A stretch of 64,000 nucleotides of DNA, from positions 736,001 through 800,000 of the forward strand of contig CAWDEM010000004.1 in assembly GCA_963801355.1 (NCBI GenBank), in the 5' to 3' direction. Positions 54,278 through 64,000 of this stretch are shown one piece after another (positions within the stretch are counted from its first letter, which is position 1; every line of letters begins with the position of its first letter). The translations under genes and the position numbers were made by a program. Under the pieces are notes generated by a model. The model was not told the origin of the DNA. It did not search any database and was given only the letters and a program-made list of their open reading frames with translations. Source of the stretch: Ignavibacteriota bacterium (GTDB taxonomy: Bacteria; Bacteroidota; Ignavibacteria; UBA10030; UBA6906).

Positions 54278-55942
54278 CTATGCGTTCACTGCGGCCGTCG
54301 GAAGAAACCGAGGTGGCCGCCGGACTTTCGTTGCCTGTTCAAAGGCATACGCCAGCCTGATCAGCCCCGCTTCACCCCATTGCCTTCCGAAAAATGATAC
54401 ACCAACGGGCATGCCGAAGATGAACCCTGCAGGAACTGTTATGCTCGGGTATCCTGCTACAGCGGCTGCCGTCGAGCTCCCGCCGATATAATGATCGCCG
54501 GTGATGAGGTCCGTCACCCATCCTGGTCCGTCTGTCGGAGCCACAAGCGCATCCAGCCTCTGTTTGCTCATGACAGCGTCTATCCCCTGGACACGCGCAA
54601 GCCGGTGGATCTTTTTCAGCGCATCGAGATACTCTTTACTTGTTAACGGACCTTTCGCTTCTGCTTTCAGGAATGTCTCTTGACCGAAATAAGGCATTTC
54701 GGTTTTCGCGTTCTTGTCATTGTATTCGATGATATCCTTGAGGGACCGCACCGGAGCATCCGGTCCGAGGCGTGCGAGATACGCGTTCAAGTCGGCTTTG
54801 AGCTCGTAGCGGAGAACGAGTGACTCGGAATCATCGAACGTGCCGAGTGCGGCGATATCGGCAGGATCAATCAGGATTGCTCCCTGGGCTTTCAGCACGC
54901 CAAGAGCGGCTTTCAAAATGTCGTCGACAGCCGGCAGGAAGCCAAAGTATTTGCGCACGACACCTATCCGGGCTCCCTTCAGGGCGCCCGGATCCAGGCT
55001 CTTCACATAATCGGCAGCTTTTCCCCGGCTCCCGTGCGATGCGGCATCGGCCGGGTCAACGCCGGTGAGCGCGCCAAGAAGCAGTGCGGCATCCCGCACC
55101 GTGCGTGCAATGGGTCCTGGGGTATCCTGCGAATGCGAAATGGGAATCACTCCCGTGCGGCTCACGAGTCCAACGGTCGGCTTGATCCCGACGACGCCGT
55201 TGACTGATGACGGACTGACGATGGAACCGTCGGTTTCCGTACCCACCGCCGCAGCACAAAGGTTTGCTGCGACAGCCGCAGCAGAGCCGGAACTGGATCC
55301 GGAGGTATTCCTGTCGAGAGCGTAGGGGTTTTTCGTCAACCCGCCCCGGCCACTCCAACCGCTGGTCGAATGATTTGACCGGATATTGGCCCATTCACTC
55401 AGGTTCGTCTTTCCGAGGAGAACTGCGCCTGACCGTCGCAGTTGCTGCACAAGGAAGGCATCTTCCGGCGGCTTCGCTCCCACGAGAGCCAACGAGCCGG
55501 CGGTCGTCATCATGCGATCGGCGGTATCGATATTGTCTTTGAGCAGAACCGGAATCCCGTGGAGTGGACCGCGGGCCCCCTTTTCCTTCATCTCCCTATC
55601 GAGTGCCTCTGCAATCGCGAGTGCGTCAGGGTTGATCTCGATGACGCTCCGGATGGCGGGTCCCTGCCTGTCAATGGCCTCAATGCGTTGGAGATAATTC
55701 TGCACCAGGGAACGGCATGTGTACTTACCGGATTTCAGACCATCCGCAAGCTCGCTGATGCTGACCTCATCCAGTTCTCCGGATTGTATATCGGAGGCCG
55801 CATTGGAAAGGGCGGCCGCTTTGTTGCCCGCCGACGCTGCAGGAAATACCGCTGCGACCGCCGCCGCTGATAGGCCGGTCCGCAGGAAACCCCTGCGGCT
55901 CAAAGGATTTCCGGTATCGACAAATTGTTCGTCATGCCTCAT
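54278..55942 (-). CDS. Amidase-signature family amidase with Tat leader
   Basis: SRRGFL twin-arginine; GPLHGIPVLLKDNI, GKTNLSEW, SGSSSGS, GTETDGSIVSP; start placed at ATG 55942. Confidence 0.93.
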   Translation of the reverse strand: MRHDEQFVDTGNPLSRRGFLRTGLSAAAVAAVFPAASAGNKAAALSNAASDIQSGELDEVSISELADGLKSGKYTCRSLVQNYLQRIEAIDRQGPAIRSVIEINPDALAIAEALDREMKEKGARGPLHGIPVLLKDNIDTADRMMTTAGSLALVGAKPPEDAFLVQQLRRSGAVLLGKTNLSEWANIRSNHSTSGWSGRGGLTKNPYALDRNTSGSSSGSAAAVAANLCAAAVGTETDGSIVSPSSVNGVVGIKPTVGLVSRTGVIPISHSQDTPGPIARTVRDAALLLGALTGVDPADAASHGSRGKAADYVKSLDPGALKGARIGVVRKYFGFLPAVDDILKAALGVLKAQGAILIDPADIAALGTFDDSESLVLRYELKADLNAYLARLGPDAPVRSLKDIIEYNDKNAKTEMPYFGQETFLKAEAKGPLTSKEYLDALKKIHRLARVQGIDAVMSKQRLDALVAPTDGPGWVTDLITGDHYIGGSSTAAAVAGYPSITVPAGFIFGMPVGVSFFGRQWGEAGLIRLAYAFEQATKVRRPPRFLPTAAVNA

Positions 55943-56253
55943 GGCACTTGCCTCCAGGTTCTTCACGCGTGCTGATACCGCCGGTACGAGGTGCACCGGC
56001 ACCCTGCCGGTGTGTACCGGAATATACGAAGGAGCTCCAAAAGATATGAGGGGACGAAAACTTCTTCCTTTTGAGTTATTTGCCCCGGTCCCGGGAACAT
56101 TCCAGGCGCTCTATGCGTTCACCCCTATGCTGGGTTGCCCGTGATCTGAATTGGCGGCGACTGAGCGTTCGTGGTCACCCCTTGCTCTCATCTCGTTCAA
56201 ATATGAGGCTCATTGCAGGTCTAATTCACGTGTAACTTACCATGGAGGCATAC

Positions 56254-56700
56254 ATGACACATCGTGCGGTGTTCCTGGCTGTGGGACTTCTGCTGGCGAC
56301 AGTGCTGGTGCAGGCCCAAGAGAGCAAGTCAACCACTCGTCTTCAGCGGCAGCATAACTACACCGAATTTCAGAAGAAGATAATGCCTCAAACTGAGGCA
56401 ACCATTCTGGCTGGCATCCAGGGTGAAAGCGTCGCAATGCAACAGAGCGCACTTCAGACTCTGCGGGAATTGTCCCAGATTGCCGCCGACTATCCATTCA
56501 GTTCGCTCATCACTCCACTTGAGGAAAAACTGACAAGTCCGCAAACCGATCGCGTAGTGCGCCGGCTGGCTGCACTCGCCCTGGATGGGCTGCATTCTGA
56601 TGCGGGGGACGCCGTCATCAAATCAGTCGCGGAGAAGTGCGACGACGAGGGCCTCCAGTTGCTTTGCAAGGCTCTGTTGATAAGGAGCAATCTGGAATAG
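56254..56700 (+). CDS. Secreted helical (HEAT-repeat-like) hypothetical protein
   Basis: GGAGG RBS, signal peptide ending VQA, VRRLAALAL HEAT-like helix. Confidence 0.7.
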   Translation: MTHRAVFLAVGLLLATVLVQAQESKSTTRLQRQHNYTEFQKKIMPQTEATILAGIQGESVAMQQSALQTLRELSQIAADYPFSSLITPLEEKLTSPQTDRVVRRLAALALDGLHSDAGDAVIKSVAEKCDDEGLQLLCKALLIRSNLE

Positions 56701-56843
56701 CCATCTGAGCCCCGACCTCATCCACCCGTCCCATATCTGAGAGCGAAAAGTTCACCGCCGCTTTCTCCCATGGAATGTTCCAGCAACAATGCCCCGATGC
56801 ACGGGGCATTGCTTAGAGCAGCACGCCTTTGATATATCCAGAA

Positions 56844-56876
56844 GACAAGAACCCGGCTATCCGTCGGGTTCTTGTC
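56844..56876. terminator. Hairpin between convergent genes (probable bidirectional terminator)
   Basis: GACAAGAACCCG...CGGGTTCTTGTC, 12-bp perfect arms. Confidence 0.65.
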
Positions 56877-56914
56877 GTATTAATGCTCCTGCATCGGGCT
56901 GCCGGAACGAACGG

Positions 56915-58675
56915 TTATTCTTCGTCGGGAGAAGGAAGATTCTTGTACCACGTGAAGTAGAGGACCAGAGCCGTGAGGAGCGTGATGCCCAGCCAGAGCC
57001 CGACATGACTCCATTCCTTCAGGAACATGTAGAACGGAACGATGCCGAGGCAGAGCTGGAAGAATGAGGCCACAAAAGCGTTCACAACATCCATCCTTGG
57101 CATGGGATCATTGGACGGGACGAGTCCGCGTCGCACCGCCTCCTCCCGTACGGGTTTCCAGAAGCCGAACGGACGCACCTTAGCATAGAACCTGACCAGG
57201 GTATCCATGTCCGAAGGCGGGGTGAGCCATGTAATCAGCACGGTTACGAAAGTGCAGGAGAGCATGAGAAAAATGATGGCCCAATAGAGCGGCAGGAAAT
57301 CGAGAAATGCCTTGTGGATGCACACGACGGTTGTGGATGCTGCCACGCTCCAGATGAACGCACGCGCGCCAAAGCGCCACCAGTGCCACCGGAATGTCCC
57401 CGGAACGAGTATCATGGTCAGCATGACATAGAGCAGCATCTCCCAGGCCGAAATGATCTGTTCGTACATGAAGCTGAACGCGAACCCGACAACGATCACC
57501 GCACTGGAGACGACCATGCCGAGTCGTACAAGCGACTGTTCGGGGAGGTTGCGGGCTACGGAACGCTTCAAGAAATCATTGAGAACGACATTGCTCGTGA
57601 CGTTGATGATGGCGCTCAGGGTCGACATGAGCGCGGCGAGGAGGATCGCCATCAGAAGTCCCGCAACACCAATGGGGAGATGTTTCACAACCAGCGGCAT
57701 GATTCTTTCAGCGTCAAATGCCTTCTCTATTCCGAGATAGTACACCCCGAAACAGAGGAACGAGCCGGCGACGAGCCAGCGTATGGTATGCCCGACAGTC
57801 CAGATACCCGCCGAGAGGGAGGCCTCACGCGGGTTTTTTGCGGTGAGGAAGAAGTTAAAGTCCCATCCCAGCGGACCCGTCAACAGTCTCAAAACGAGCC
57901 AGAGCAGGCTTGCGGACATCAGCGGGCCAAAAGTAAAGTACTGCTGGTAACTCGCGGGGACCCTGGTGAGATAGTCCGGCCACAACGTCCATGAGATGGC
58001 AAGCGAATCCCATCCCGGGCTCCTGGCGGCAAGTGTGGAGAGTCCGTCGGGGAGTTGGAGTGCCGCAATAGTGAGACAGACCCCGCCGATGATGATCAGG
58101 CTGGTCTGGAAGATATCGGTCCAGATGACACCGAAGAACCCACCGAGCGTAACGTACACCCCGACAACCACAAAAATGATCAGTGTCGATTCCCACCGGG
58201 GAAGGGGGACAAACTCCTCCGCAAACTTCCCTGTGCCGACTGCGACGTAGACGAGTGTGAGCAGTAACGAGAGCAGGATGAACGCTGCCATGAGCGTCCG
58301 CACGTACTCTGTCTCCTTGTTCTTCCCGAACCGGGTTTCCATCCATTCCGCGGGAGTCATGACCCCGGACCGCCGGATATACTTCGCCTGGAATGCCATA
58401 AACATCGCCATACTGAAAAAACCCCAGCCGATATGGAAGATCCAGACCGACTTGATACCCACATAGAACATGACGCCGATGATGAGCATTGTGCCGCCAA
58501 TATCCACATAGCTCGAACAACCCGAGAGCCCGATCATCCACCAGCGCGTCTGGCGTTCTGCCAGGTAATATGCGCTAAGCCGCTTGGTGGCACGCCGCTG
58601 AAAAGCAACGCCGATGGAGACGGTGGCGAGCAGATAGATTATGACAATGACAATATCGATCGGATGGAGCTGCAT
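56915..58675 (-). CDS. Sodium:solute symporter family protein
   Basis: IDIVIVIIYL, YYLAER..WW..GLS, GGFFGVIWTDIFQ, LLAALMSTLS; start placed at ATG 58675 after GGAGG. Confidence 0.92.
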   Translation of the reverse strand: MQLHPIDIVIVIIYLLATVSIGVAFQRRATKRLSAYYLAERQTRWWMIGLSGCSSYVDIGGTMLIIGVMFYVGIKSVWIFHIGWGFFSMAMFMAFQAKYIRRSGVMTPAEWMETRFGKNKETEYVRTLMAAFILLSLLLTLVYVAVGTGKFAEEFVPLPRWESTLIIFVVVGVYVTLGGFFGVIWTDIFQTSLIIIGGVCLTIAALQLPDGLSTLAARSPGWDSLAISWTLWPDYLTRVPASYQQYFTFGPLMSASLLWLVLRLLTGPLGWDFNFFLTAKNPREASLSAGIWTVGHTIRWLVAGSFLCFGVYYLGIEKAFDAERIMPLVVKHLPIGVAGLLMAILLAALMSTLSAIINVTSNVVLNDFLKRSVARNLPEQSLVRLGMVVSSAVIVVGFAFSFMYEQIISAWEMLLYVMLTMILVPGTFRWHWWRFGARAFIWSVAASTTVVCIHKAFLDFLPLYWAIIFLMLSCTFVTVLITWLTPPSDMDTLVRFYAKVRPFGFWKPVREEAVRRGLVPSNDPMPRMDVVNAFVASFFQLCLGIVPFYMFLKEWSHVGLWLGITLLTALVLYFTWYKNLPSPDEE

Positions 58676-58826
58676 GATGCTGATGTCCCTCCTGCAGAAG
58701 TCGGGTGTTGTAGCGGTGGATTGGAGAAAGAGCGCGTGATCGCTGGGTACGGCGCACGGGGTCCGGGCCGGGATGGCACGATCGGTGGCCACAATATCGA
58801 CAGATAATTCCAGAAAAGAAACAACG

Positions 58827-58855
58827 TTGACTCTCGCATGCCCAGGCACTACATT
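58827..58855 (+). promoter_or_regulatory. Putative sigma70-type promoter (TTGACT-17-TACATT)
   Basis: Hexamers at 58827-58832 and 58850-58855 upstream of the serine hydrolase. Confidence 0.55.
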
Positions 58856-58961
58856 CTAGTGTATCCGGAGTTCACCAGACCGCCGCCGCGTCGTACCAAC
58901 ACTCTACCGTCTTCGAAATCCGGTTTGCGCAAAGCCACCGATATTCATGAGGTGCTGGACT

Positions 58962-60026
58962 ATGAGGCTTAGGATCGTTGTTCCCTGTTTCTTTCTTGGA
59001 GCTCTCGGCCTTTCGTGCGGATCTTCGCTGTTTACTAGAAGCAACGAAGTCTGTGATCCCTACCGGCATGCCGGTGAACCCGGAGGTGCAGTGATGGTAC
59101 TCCGGCAGGATTCGGTGCTCTATGCAGACGCCTTTGGAATTGCGGACCTTGAGGCCGGAACGCCGAACGCGCTCACCACCAACTTCAGGCTTGCCTCGGT
59201 TACCAAGCAATTTACCGCGATGGCTGTGGTAATGCTGGCCGAACGCGGGAAACTGACACTGGAACAACCCCTGACAGACTTCTTTCCCGATTTTGCACCG
59301 GTTGGTCGAACGATCACCTTGAAGCATTTGCTCACGCATACATCCGGCATCGCAGCATATGAGGATGTGATGCCGGAGTCCACCGTCGTCCCCCTGCTCG
59401 ACAGGGATGTGCTTCAACTTCTCAAGAATATTGACAGTACCCGCGGTGCGCCGGGTTCATCGTTCGCCTACAGCAATTCCGGCTTTGCACTGCTCGCCTT
59501 GGTCGTCGAAAGGGTCTCCGGCGAATCCTTTGCCCGCTTTCTGAAGGATAACATCTTTTCGCCCCTGGGGATGGACAACACGGTGGCGTACGAGCGCGGG
59601 GTCTCCGAAGTTCCACAGAGAGCGTACGGGTACTCACCTGCTACAGTCAAGGCGGGACGACCTGCGCTGACAGACCAGAGCATGACCAGTTCTGTCCTCG
59701 GCGACGGCGGCATCTATTCATCAGTGACCGACTTGCGAAAATGGAATGCAGCGCTTGCCGCTGGCTCTCTCGTGTCCGCACAATCGATGAGCGAAATGCT
59801 CTCACACCACGCAACTATTGAAGAAGGGAGGATCTGGTACGGATATGGATGGTACATGAGGAGTCTTGACGGTATTCCGGCCTATTACCACGGCGGCTCA
59901 ACGGTCGGCTTCCGGACATTCATTCTGCGCATTCCCGATCGTGCTCTGACTGTCATCGCGCTGTTCAACCGATCAGATGTACTCGCGGAGGACATCGGCT
60001 GGAAGCTTGCACGGCTGTACCTCTGA
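58962..60026 (+). CDS. Beta-lactamase-fold serine hydrolase (class C/AmpC-like) lipoprotein
   Basis: Lipobox GLSC; FRLASVTKQF (SxxK), LLTHTSG, YSNSG (YxN), HGG. Confidence 0.92.
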   Translation: MRLRIVVPCFFLGALGLSCGSSLFTRSNEVCDPYRHAGEPGGAVMVLRQDSVLYADAFGIADLEAGTPNALTTNFRLASVTKQFTAMAVVMLAERGKLTLEQPLTDFFPDFAPVGRTITLKHLLTHTSGIAAYEDVMPESTVVPLLDRDVLQLLKNIDSTRGAPGSSFAYSNSGFALLALVVERVSGESFARFLKDNIFSPLGMDNTVAYERGVSEVPQRAYGYSPATVKAGRPALTDQSMTSSVLGDGGIYSSVTDLRKWNAALAAGSLVSAQSMSEMLSHHATIEEGRIWYGYGWYMRSLDGIPAYYHGGSTVGFRTFILRIPDRALTVIALFNRSDVLAEDIGWKLARLYL

Positions 60027-60055
60027 TGTGATACGGAGCCAGGGAGACTTTTGGT

Positions 60056-63000
60056 ATGAGAAGATTCCTCGTTGTCCTACTTGTGAATTCCTTCATGCTG
60101 TCAATCGCGGCCGGACAGGCCGGTACACTCCTCAACAGTTTTCGCTCTCCCGCTGACTCGCTCCGTCCATGGGTCTATTGGGTCTGGATGGACGGGAACT
60201 TGAGCCGGGAAGGGATTACCGCTGACCTTGAAAGCATGAAACATGCCGGCATCGGCGGAGCCATCATTATGGAGGTGAATGTCGGCATCCCGCAAGGACC
60301 GGTGAAATTTATGAGTCCCGAGTGGCGGCGGCACTTTGGGCATGCTATCGCTGAAGCGCAACGACTGGGTCTGGAGATTACGCTGATCACCGGCCCCGGG
60401 TGGACAGGAAGCGGCGGGCCGTGGGTGAAACCGGAACAGGGAATGCAGCACATTGTGTCAAGCGCCACGATCATGCGCGGACCGAAACTTTTTGCGGATA
60501 CGCTGTCACAGCCCGTACGACGCCCTGCCTTCTTCGGCGACGGAGTACTTCCTCCCGGGCAGGAAAAAGAGAAGAACAAATTCTATCGGGATGTCGCTGT
60601 CCTCGCATACCCGACACCCACGGGTAACGACCGTATCGCGGGCATCGACGAAAAGGCGCTCTACGTGCGGGCACCGTATTCCTCCATGACCTCGGTGCCG
60701 TCATACATTCCCTCCTTCGCAGACTATCCCCCCACCGCCCCTGGGGGGGCCATCGACACGTCTCACATCGTGAATCTCAGTAACCATCTGGATGCCAAGG
60801 GAGTCTTCACCTGGGATGTGCCCGGGGGGAACTGGACGGTCTTACGGCTCGGCCGGACGAGCACCGGCGCGAACACCCGTCCGGCGCCGACGCCCGGATT
60901 AGGATTGGAGTGCGACAAGCTGGACACTGCGGCACTCAATGTTCACTTTGATGCCTTTGTCGGGGCCTTACTGCGGGAAATCGGCCCGCGGGATGCATCC
61001 GCCACAGGCGGCTGGAAAATGCTGCACATTGATAGCTGGGAAATGGGTGCACAGAACTGGACGGGAGCCTTCCGGACGGAATTCAGAGCGCGCCGCGGCT
61101 ACGATCTACTGAGCTATCTCCCTATTCTGACCGGTTCAGTGGTCGAGTCCCGCGAAGTCTCCGAACGATTCCTCTGGGACCTGCGCCAGACAATCCAGGA
61201 ACTCATTCTGCAGAATCATGCAGGACATCTCAGGGAATTGGGACGCCGGAATGGATTCGGCATATCCATCGAGCCTTACGATATGACGCCCTGCGCCGAT
61301 ATGAGCCTGGGCTCCATTGCGGACGTCCCCATGTGCGAGTTCTGGCTTTACGGCTTCAATACCAGTTACAGTGTCATTGAGGCATCGTCTGTAGCTCATA
61401 CCTGTGGCAGGACTGTCGTAGCGGCTGAGGCGTTTACATCAAGCGACGTTGAACACTGGGATGCCTACCCCGGCTCGATGAAAGTGCTGGGGGATTGGGC
61501 TTTCTGTGCAGGTGTGAACCGTTTCGTTTTCCATCGGTATCAGCATCAACCGTGGCCTGCATTGCGCCCGGGGATGACGATGGGCCCATACGGCATACAT
61601 TGGGAGCGGACCCAGACGTGGTGGGATATGGCCCCCGCGTACCACGCCTATCTGTCACGATGCCAGCTCATGCTGCGACAGGGTCTTCCTGTAGCGGATG
61701 TGTGCTATCTGGTCCCGGAGGGTGCCCCGCAGGTATTCCGTCCGCCGTCATCGGCAGTGCGTGGCAATCCCCCCGATCGGCGTGGGTACAATTTCGATGG
61801 CTGTGCCCCGGAAATCCTCATCGCACGCATGTCAGTTGAAAATGGTGATCTCGTCCTCCCTGATGGAATGCGGTATCGCGTTCTGGTACTTCCTGAACGG
61901 GCGACTATGACGCCGGCGTTGCTGCGGAAAGTCAGCAGTCTTGTCGCAAAAGGAGCAACGGTCATCGGACCACGACCACGGAAGTCGCCCGGTCTGTCAG
62001 GGTATCCGCACTGTGATCGGGAGGTCGCTGAAATCGCCGGTCAAGTGTGGGGGGAATGCAACGGCATGGATGTTACAGAGCATACCTTTGGAAAGGGTCG
62101 GGTGATCTGGGTGCGGTCGACCGGAACTCCATACGATCCGGAGAGGCAGGATACGGTCGGGAGAGAACCATGCCGCATCATGCGGCTCGAAGCTTCGGGC
62201 ACGGCCATGTACGCCGGCAACTTCCGGAAGCGCACATCAGCGGATGGGATGGGTGAGCCGGAAGCAGAGCAATATGGTGACTTCGCTCTGGTCGAAAAGG
62301 TCTTGCGCAATAAAGGTGTGCAACCGGACTTTGAAACCGATGCATCGCTGCGCTACACACACAGAAGATATGGTGAAACCGAGATCTATTTTGTGGCGAA
62401 CCCTGAAGAGCGTGTGGTCACTGCCGCGTGCGTCTTCCGCGTAAGCGGAAAACAGCCGGAACTCTGGGATCCGGTGGAGGGAATTTCGCGCAAGCTGCCG
62501 GAGTTCGTGGACGTGCACGGCAGGACATCGATTGTTCTCCGTTTTGAGCCGCATCAATCCATCTTCATCGTGTTTGCAGAGACTCCCGGAAAGGAGCAAC
62601 ATGCCGGCAGCAATTTTCCGCGAATGCACAATGCCTTGAAGCTGGATGGCCCGTGGCAGGTAACCTTTGACACTGTGTGGGGTGGCCCCGGAACAATCAC
62701 ATTCCGGCATCTCGATGATTGGAGCAAACGGAAGGAAAAAGGGGTGAAGTTCTTCAGCGGGACAGCTACGTACAGAAAGACCTTTGATTTGCCTGTGGCA
62801 ATCTCCGCTCACCTCTCCGATGGGGGACACAGTCGGGCCGGCGTCTGGCTGGATGTCGGCAAGGTCATGAATCTCGCTCGTGTACGTCTGAACGGACATG
62901 ATCTTGGGGTACTCTGGACGTCCCCGTGGCGGTTGGACGCACGCTCTGCACTCACGCCCAAGCACAATATCCTGGAAATCTCCGTTGCGAATCTCTGGCG

Positions 63001-63214
63001 CAACAGGCTGGTGGGAGACGAACGTCTGCCGCCGGATGCCGACTTTGCCCCAGGCGGGAATATCCTTCGCTGGCCTGAATGGCTTGTGAAAGGAGAACGC
63101 CGTCCGACCACCGGGCGTTTTTCCTTTGCCAGCTGGAAACATTTCGGCAAGGACTCGCCACTACTCCCTTCCGGCTTGATCGGACCGGTGCGCATTCTTC
63201 TTGCATATCCATGA
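60056..63214 (+). CDS. GH106 alpha-L-rhamnosidase-like glycoside hydrolase
   Basis: Signal peptide; RPWVYWVWMDGN...ITADLE.MK.AGIGG, GLECDKL, HIDSWE, PMCEFW, AAEAFT, GVNRFVFH, LLPSGLIGPV. Confidence 0.93.
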   Translation: MRRFLVVLLVNSFMLSIAAGQAGTLLNSFRSPADSLRPWVYWVWMDGNLSREGITADLESMKHAGIGGAIIMEVNVGIPQGPVKFMSPEWRRHFGHAIAEAQRLGLEITLITGPGWTGSGGPWVKPEQGMQHIVSSATIMRGPKLFADTLSQPVRRPAFFGDGVLPPGQEKEKNKFYRDVAVLAYPTPTGNDRIAGIDEKALYVRAPYSSMTSVPSYIPSFADYPPTAPGGAIDTSHIVNLSNHLDAKGVFTWDVPGGNWTVLRLGRTSTGANTRPAPTPGLGLECDKLDTAALNVHFDAFVGALLREIGPRDASATGGWKMLHIDSWEMGAQNWTGAFRTEFRARRGYDLLSYLPILTGSVVESREVSERFLWDLRQTIQELILQNHAGHLRELGRRNGFGISIEPYDMTPCADMSLGSIADVPMCEFWLYGFNTSYSVIEASSVAHTCGRTVVAAEAFTSSDVEHWDAYPGSMKVLGDWAFCAGVNRFVFHRYQHQPWPALRPGMTMGPYGIHWERTQTWWDMAPAYHAYLSRCQLMLRQGLPVADVCYLVPEGAPQVFRPPSSAVRGNPPDRRGYNFDGCAPEILIARMSVENGDLVLPDGMRYRVLVLPERATMTPALLRKVSSLVAKGATVIGPRPRKSPGLSGYPHCDREVAEIAGQVWGECNGMDVTEHTFGKGRVIWVRSTGTPYDPERQDTVGREPCRIMRLEASGTAMYAGNFRKRTSADGMGEPEAEQYGDFALVEKVLRNKGVQPDFETDASLRYTHRRYGETEIYFVANPEERVVTAACVFRVSGKQPELWDPVEGISRKLPEFVDVHGRTSIVLRFEPHQSIFIVFAETPGKEQHAGSNFPRMHNALKLDGPWQVTFDTVWGGPGTITFRHLDDWSKRKEKGVKFFSGTATYRKTFDLPVAISAHLSDGGHSRAGVWLDVGKVMNLARVRLNGHDLGVLWTSPWRLDARSALTPKHNILEISVANLWRNRLVGDERLPPDADFAPGGNILRWPEWLVKGERRPTTGRFSFASWKHFGKDSPLLPSGLIGPVRILLAYP

Positions 63215-63276
63215 GATTGGTCGAATCCTTGCAGTTTGATCGTTGATTTTCGCTGATAGATGGCGTACGTTGTAGT

Positions 63277-64000
63277 ATGAATGCTTCGGGCAATGTATTC
63301 AATATCCAGCGGTTTTCCATCCACGATGGCCCGGGAATACGGACAACGGTGTTTCTCAAGGGATGCACGTTGGCCTGCTTCTGGTGCCATAACCCCGAGG
63401 GAAGACACACATATACAGAAATTCAGTTCTTCCCTGAACGGTGTATTACATGCGGCGAGTGTGTGCGGGTGTGTCCTCACTCCGCACATGAGATTCGCGA
63501 CGGTGTGCATGTCTTTCGCCGTGATCTGTGTCAGAATCACGGAGCATGTGCAGAAGCATGCTGTGCGCAGGCACTGCAGCTCGCCGGTCAGGTCATGAGC
63601 GTTGCACAGGTCATGGAGGAGGTCCTCCGGGACAGGCCATTTTACGAGTCCTCGGGCGGAGGAGTGACACTTTCCGGCGGCGAGCCGTCGTTGAGCAGCT
63701 CCTTTGCACTGGAAATCCTCAGACAATGCAAGAATCATCATCTGCACACCGCCATTGAAACGTGCGGCGATTGCCCGTGGTCGTTCCTGGAGCCGCTTCT
63801 GCCCGTGACCGATCTGATCATGATGGACGTCAAGCATATGTCGGGAGACCGCCACCGGTCGGCAACAGGCAGGTCCAACGAGCGCATCCTGGACAATGCC
63901 CGCACACTCGCTTCGGGTACTGTACCTGTCATATTCCGGACACCGGTTGTGCCGACCGTGAACGACTCTCCGGAAGATATCAGAGAGATTGCTTCGTTCG
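63277..64000 (+). CDS. Glycyl-radical enzyme activating enzyme (radical SAM with ferredoxin insert), 3' end outside window
   Basis: Not in ORF track. MNASGNVFNIQRFSIHDGPGIRTTVFLKGCTLACFWCHNPE (CX3CX2C), CITCGECVRVCP, GGGVTLSGGEP, HTAIETCG, DVKH. Confidence 0.95.
   Translation, partial: MNASGNVFNIQRFSIHDGPGIRTTVFLKGCTLACFWCHNPEGRHTYTEIQFFPERCITCGECVRVCPHSAHEIRDGVHVFRRDLCQNHGACAEACCAQALQLAGQVMSVAQVMEEVLRDRPFYESSGGGVTLSGGEPSLSSSFALEILRQCKNHHLHTAIETCGDCPWSFLEPLLPVTDLIMMDVKHMSGDRHRSATGRSNERILDNARTLASGTVPVIFRTPVVPTVNDSPEDIREIASF

Noticed and set aside
62809-63855. 348-aa minus ORF and 63281-63598 plus ORF at the right edge
   Set aside because: The real gene is the activase frame starting at 63277, which has clear radical SAM motifs.
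1-64000. tRNA, rRNA, known riboswitches, IS elements, prophage or defence genes
   Set aside because: None recognised; intergenic gaps are short. A covariance-model search would be needed to exclude small RNAs rigorously.

Overview
GC-rich bacterial chromosomal window, densely coding, with about 50 genes. I saw no rRNA, tRNA, CRISPR array, transposase or integrase. Three proteins end in T9SS-type C-terminal sorting domains (QN[YF]PNPFNP), and several genes have TTG..-17-TA...T promoters and AGGAG Shine-Dalgarno sites. This suggests an Ignavibacteria-like FCB-group organism (inference). Main blocks: (1) 0.8-17.7 kb, an operon-like run with an OSBS/NSAR enolase, a CUT1 sugar ABC transporter and six poorly classified glycan-active proteins; (2) a TonB-dependent receptor/DUF4249 pair, a Tat-type FAD oxidoreductase, MacAB-like efflux genes, Ub-Mut7C RNase, GYD protein, M6 protease and prfC; (3) 32.8-40.2 kb, an eight-gene locus with two CYTH/TTM-fold proteins, a DASS anion symporter, an OprO/P porin, two lamin-tail-only surface proteins and an SdiA-regulated propeller, which looks like a dedicated (poly)phosphate capture-import-hydrolysis system; (4) 40.3-42.6 kb, a three-gene cassette encoding a 65-aa secreted peptide with a mirror-symmetric six-Cys pattern, a 6-bladed beta-propeller and a MauE-thioredoxin fusion (frameshifted as assembled), a candidate disulfide-peptide maturation system; (5) assorted stress, transport and hydrolase genes, a GH106 rhamnosidase and a truncated glycyl-radical activating enzyme at the right edge. 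Two edge genes are missing from the ORF track and two genes carry single-base frameshifts. All family calls come from motif recognition by eye, not database searches.
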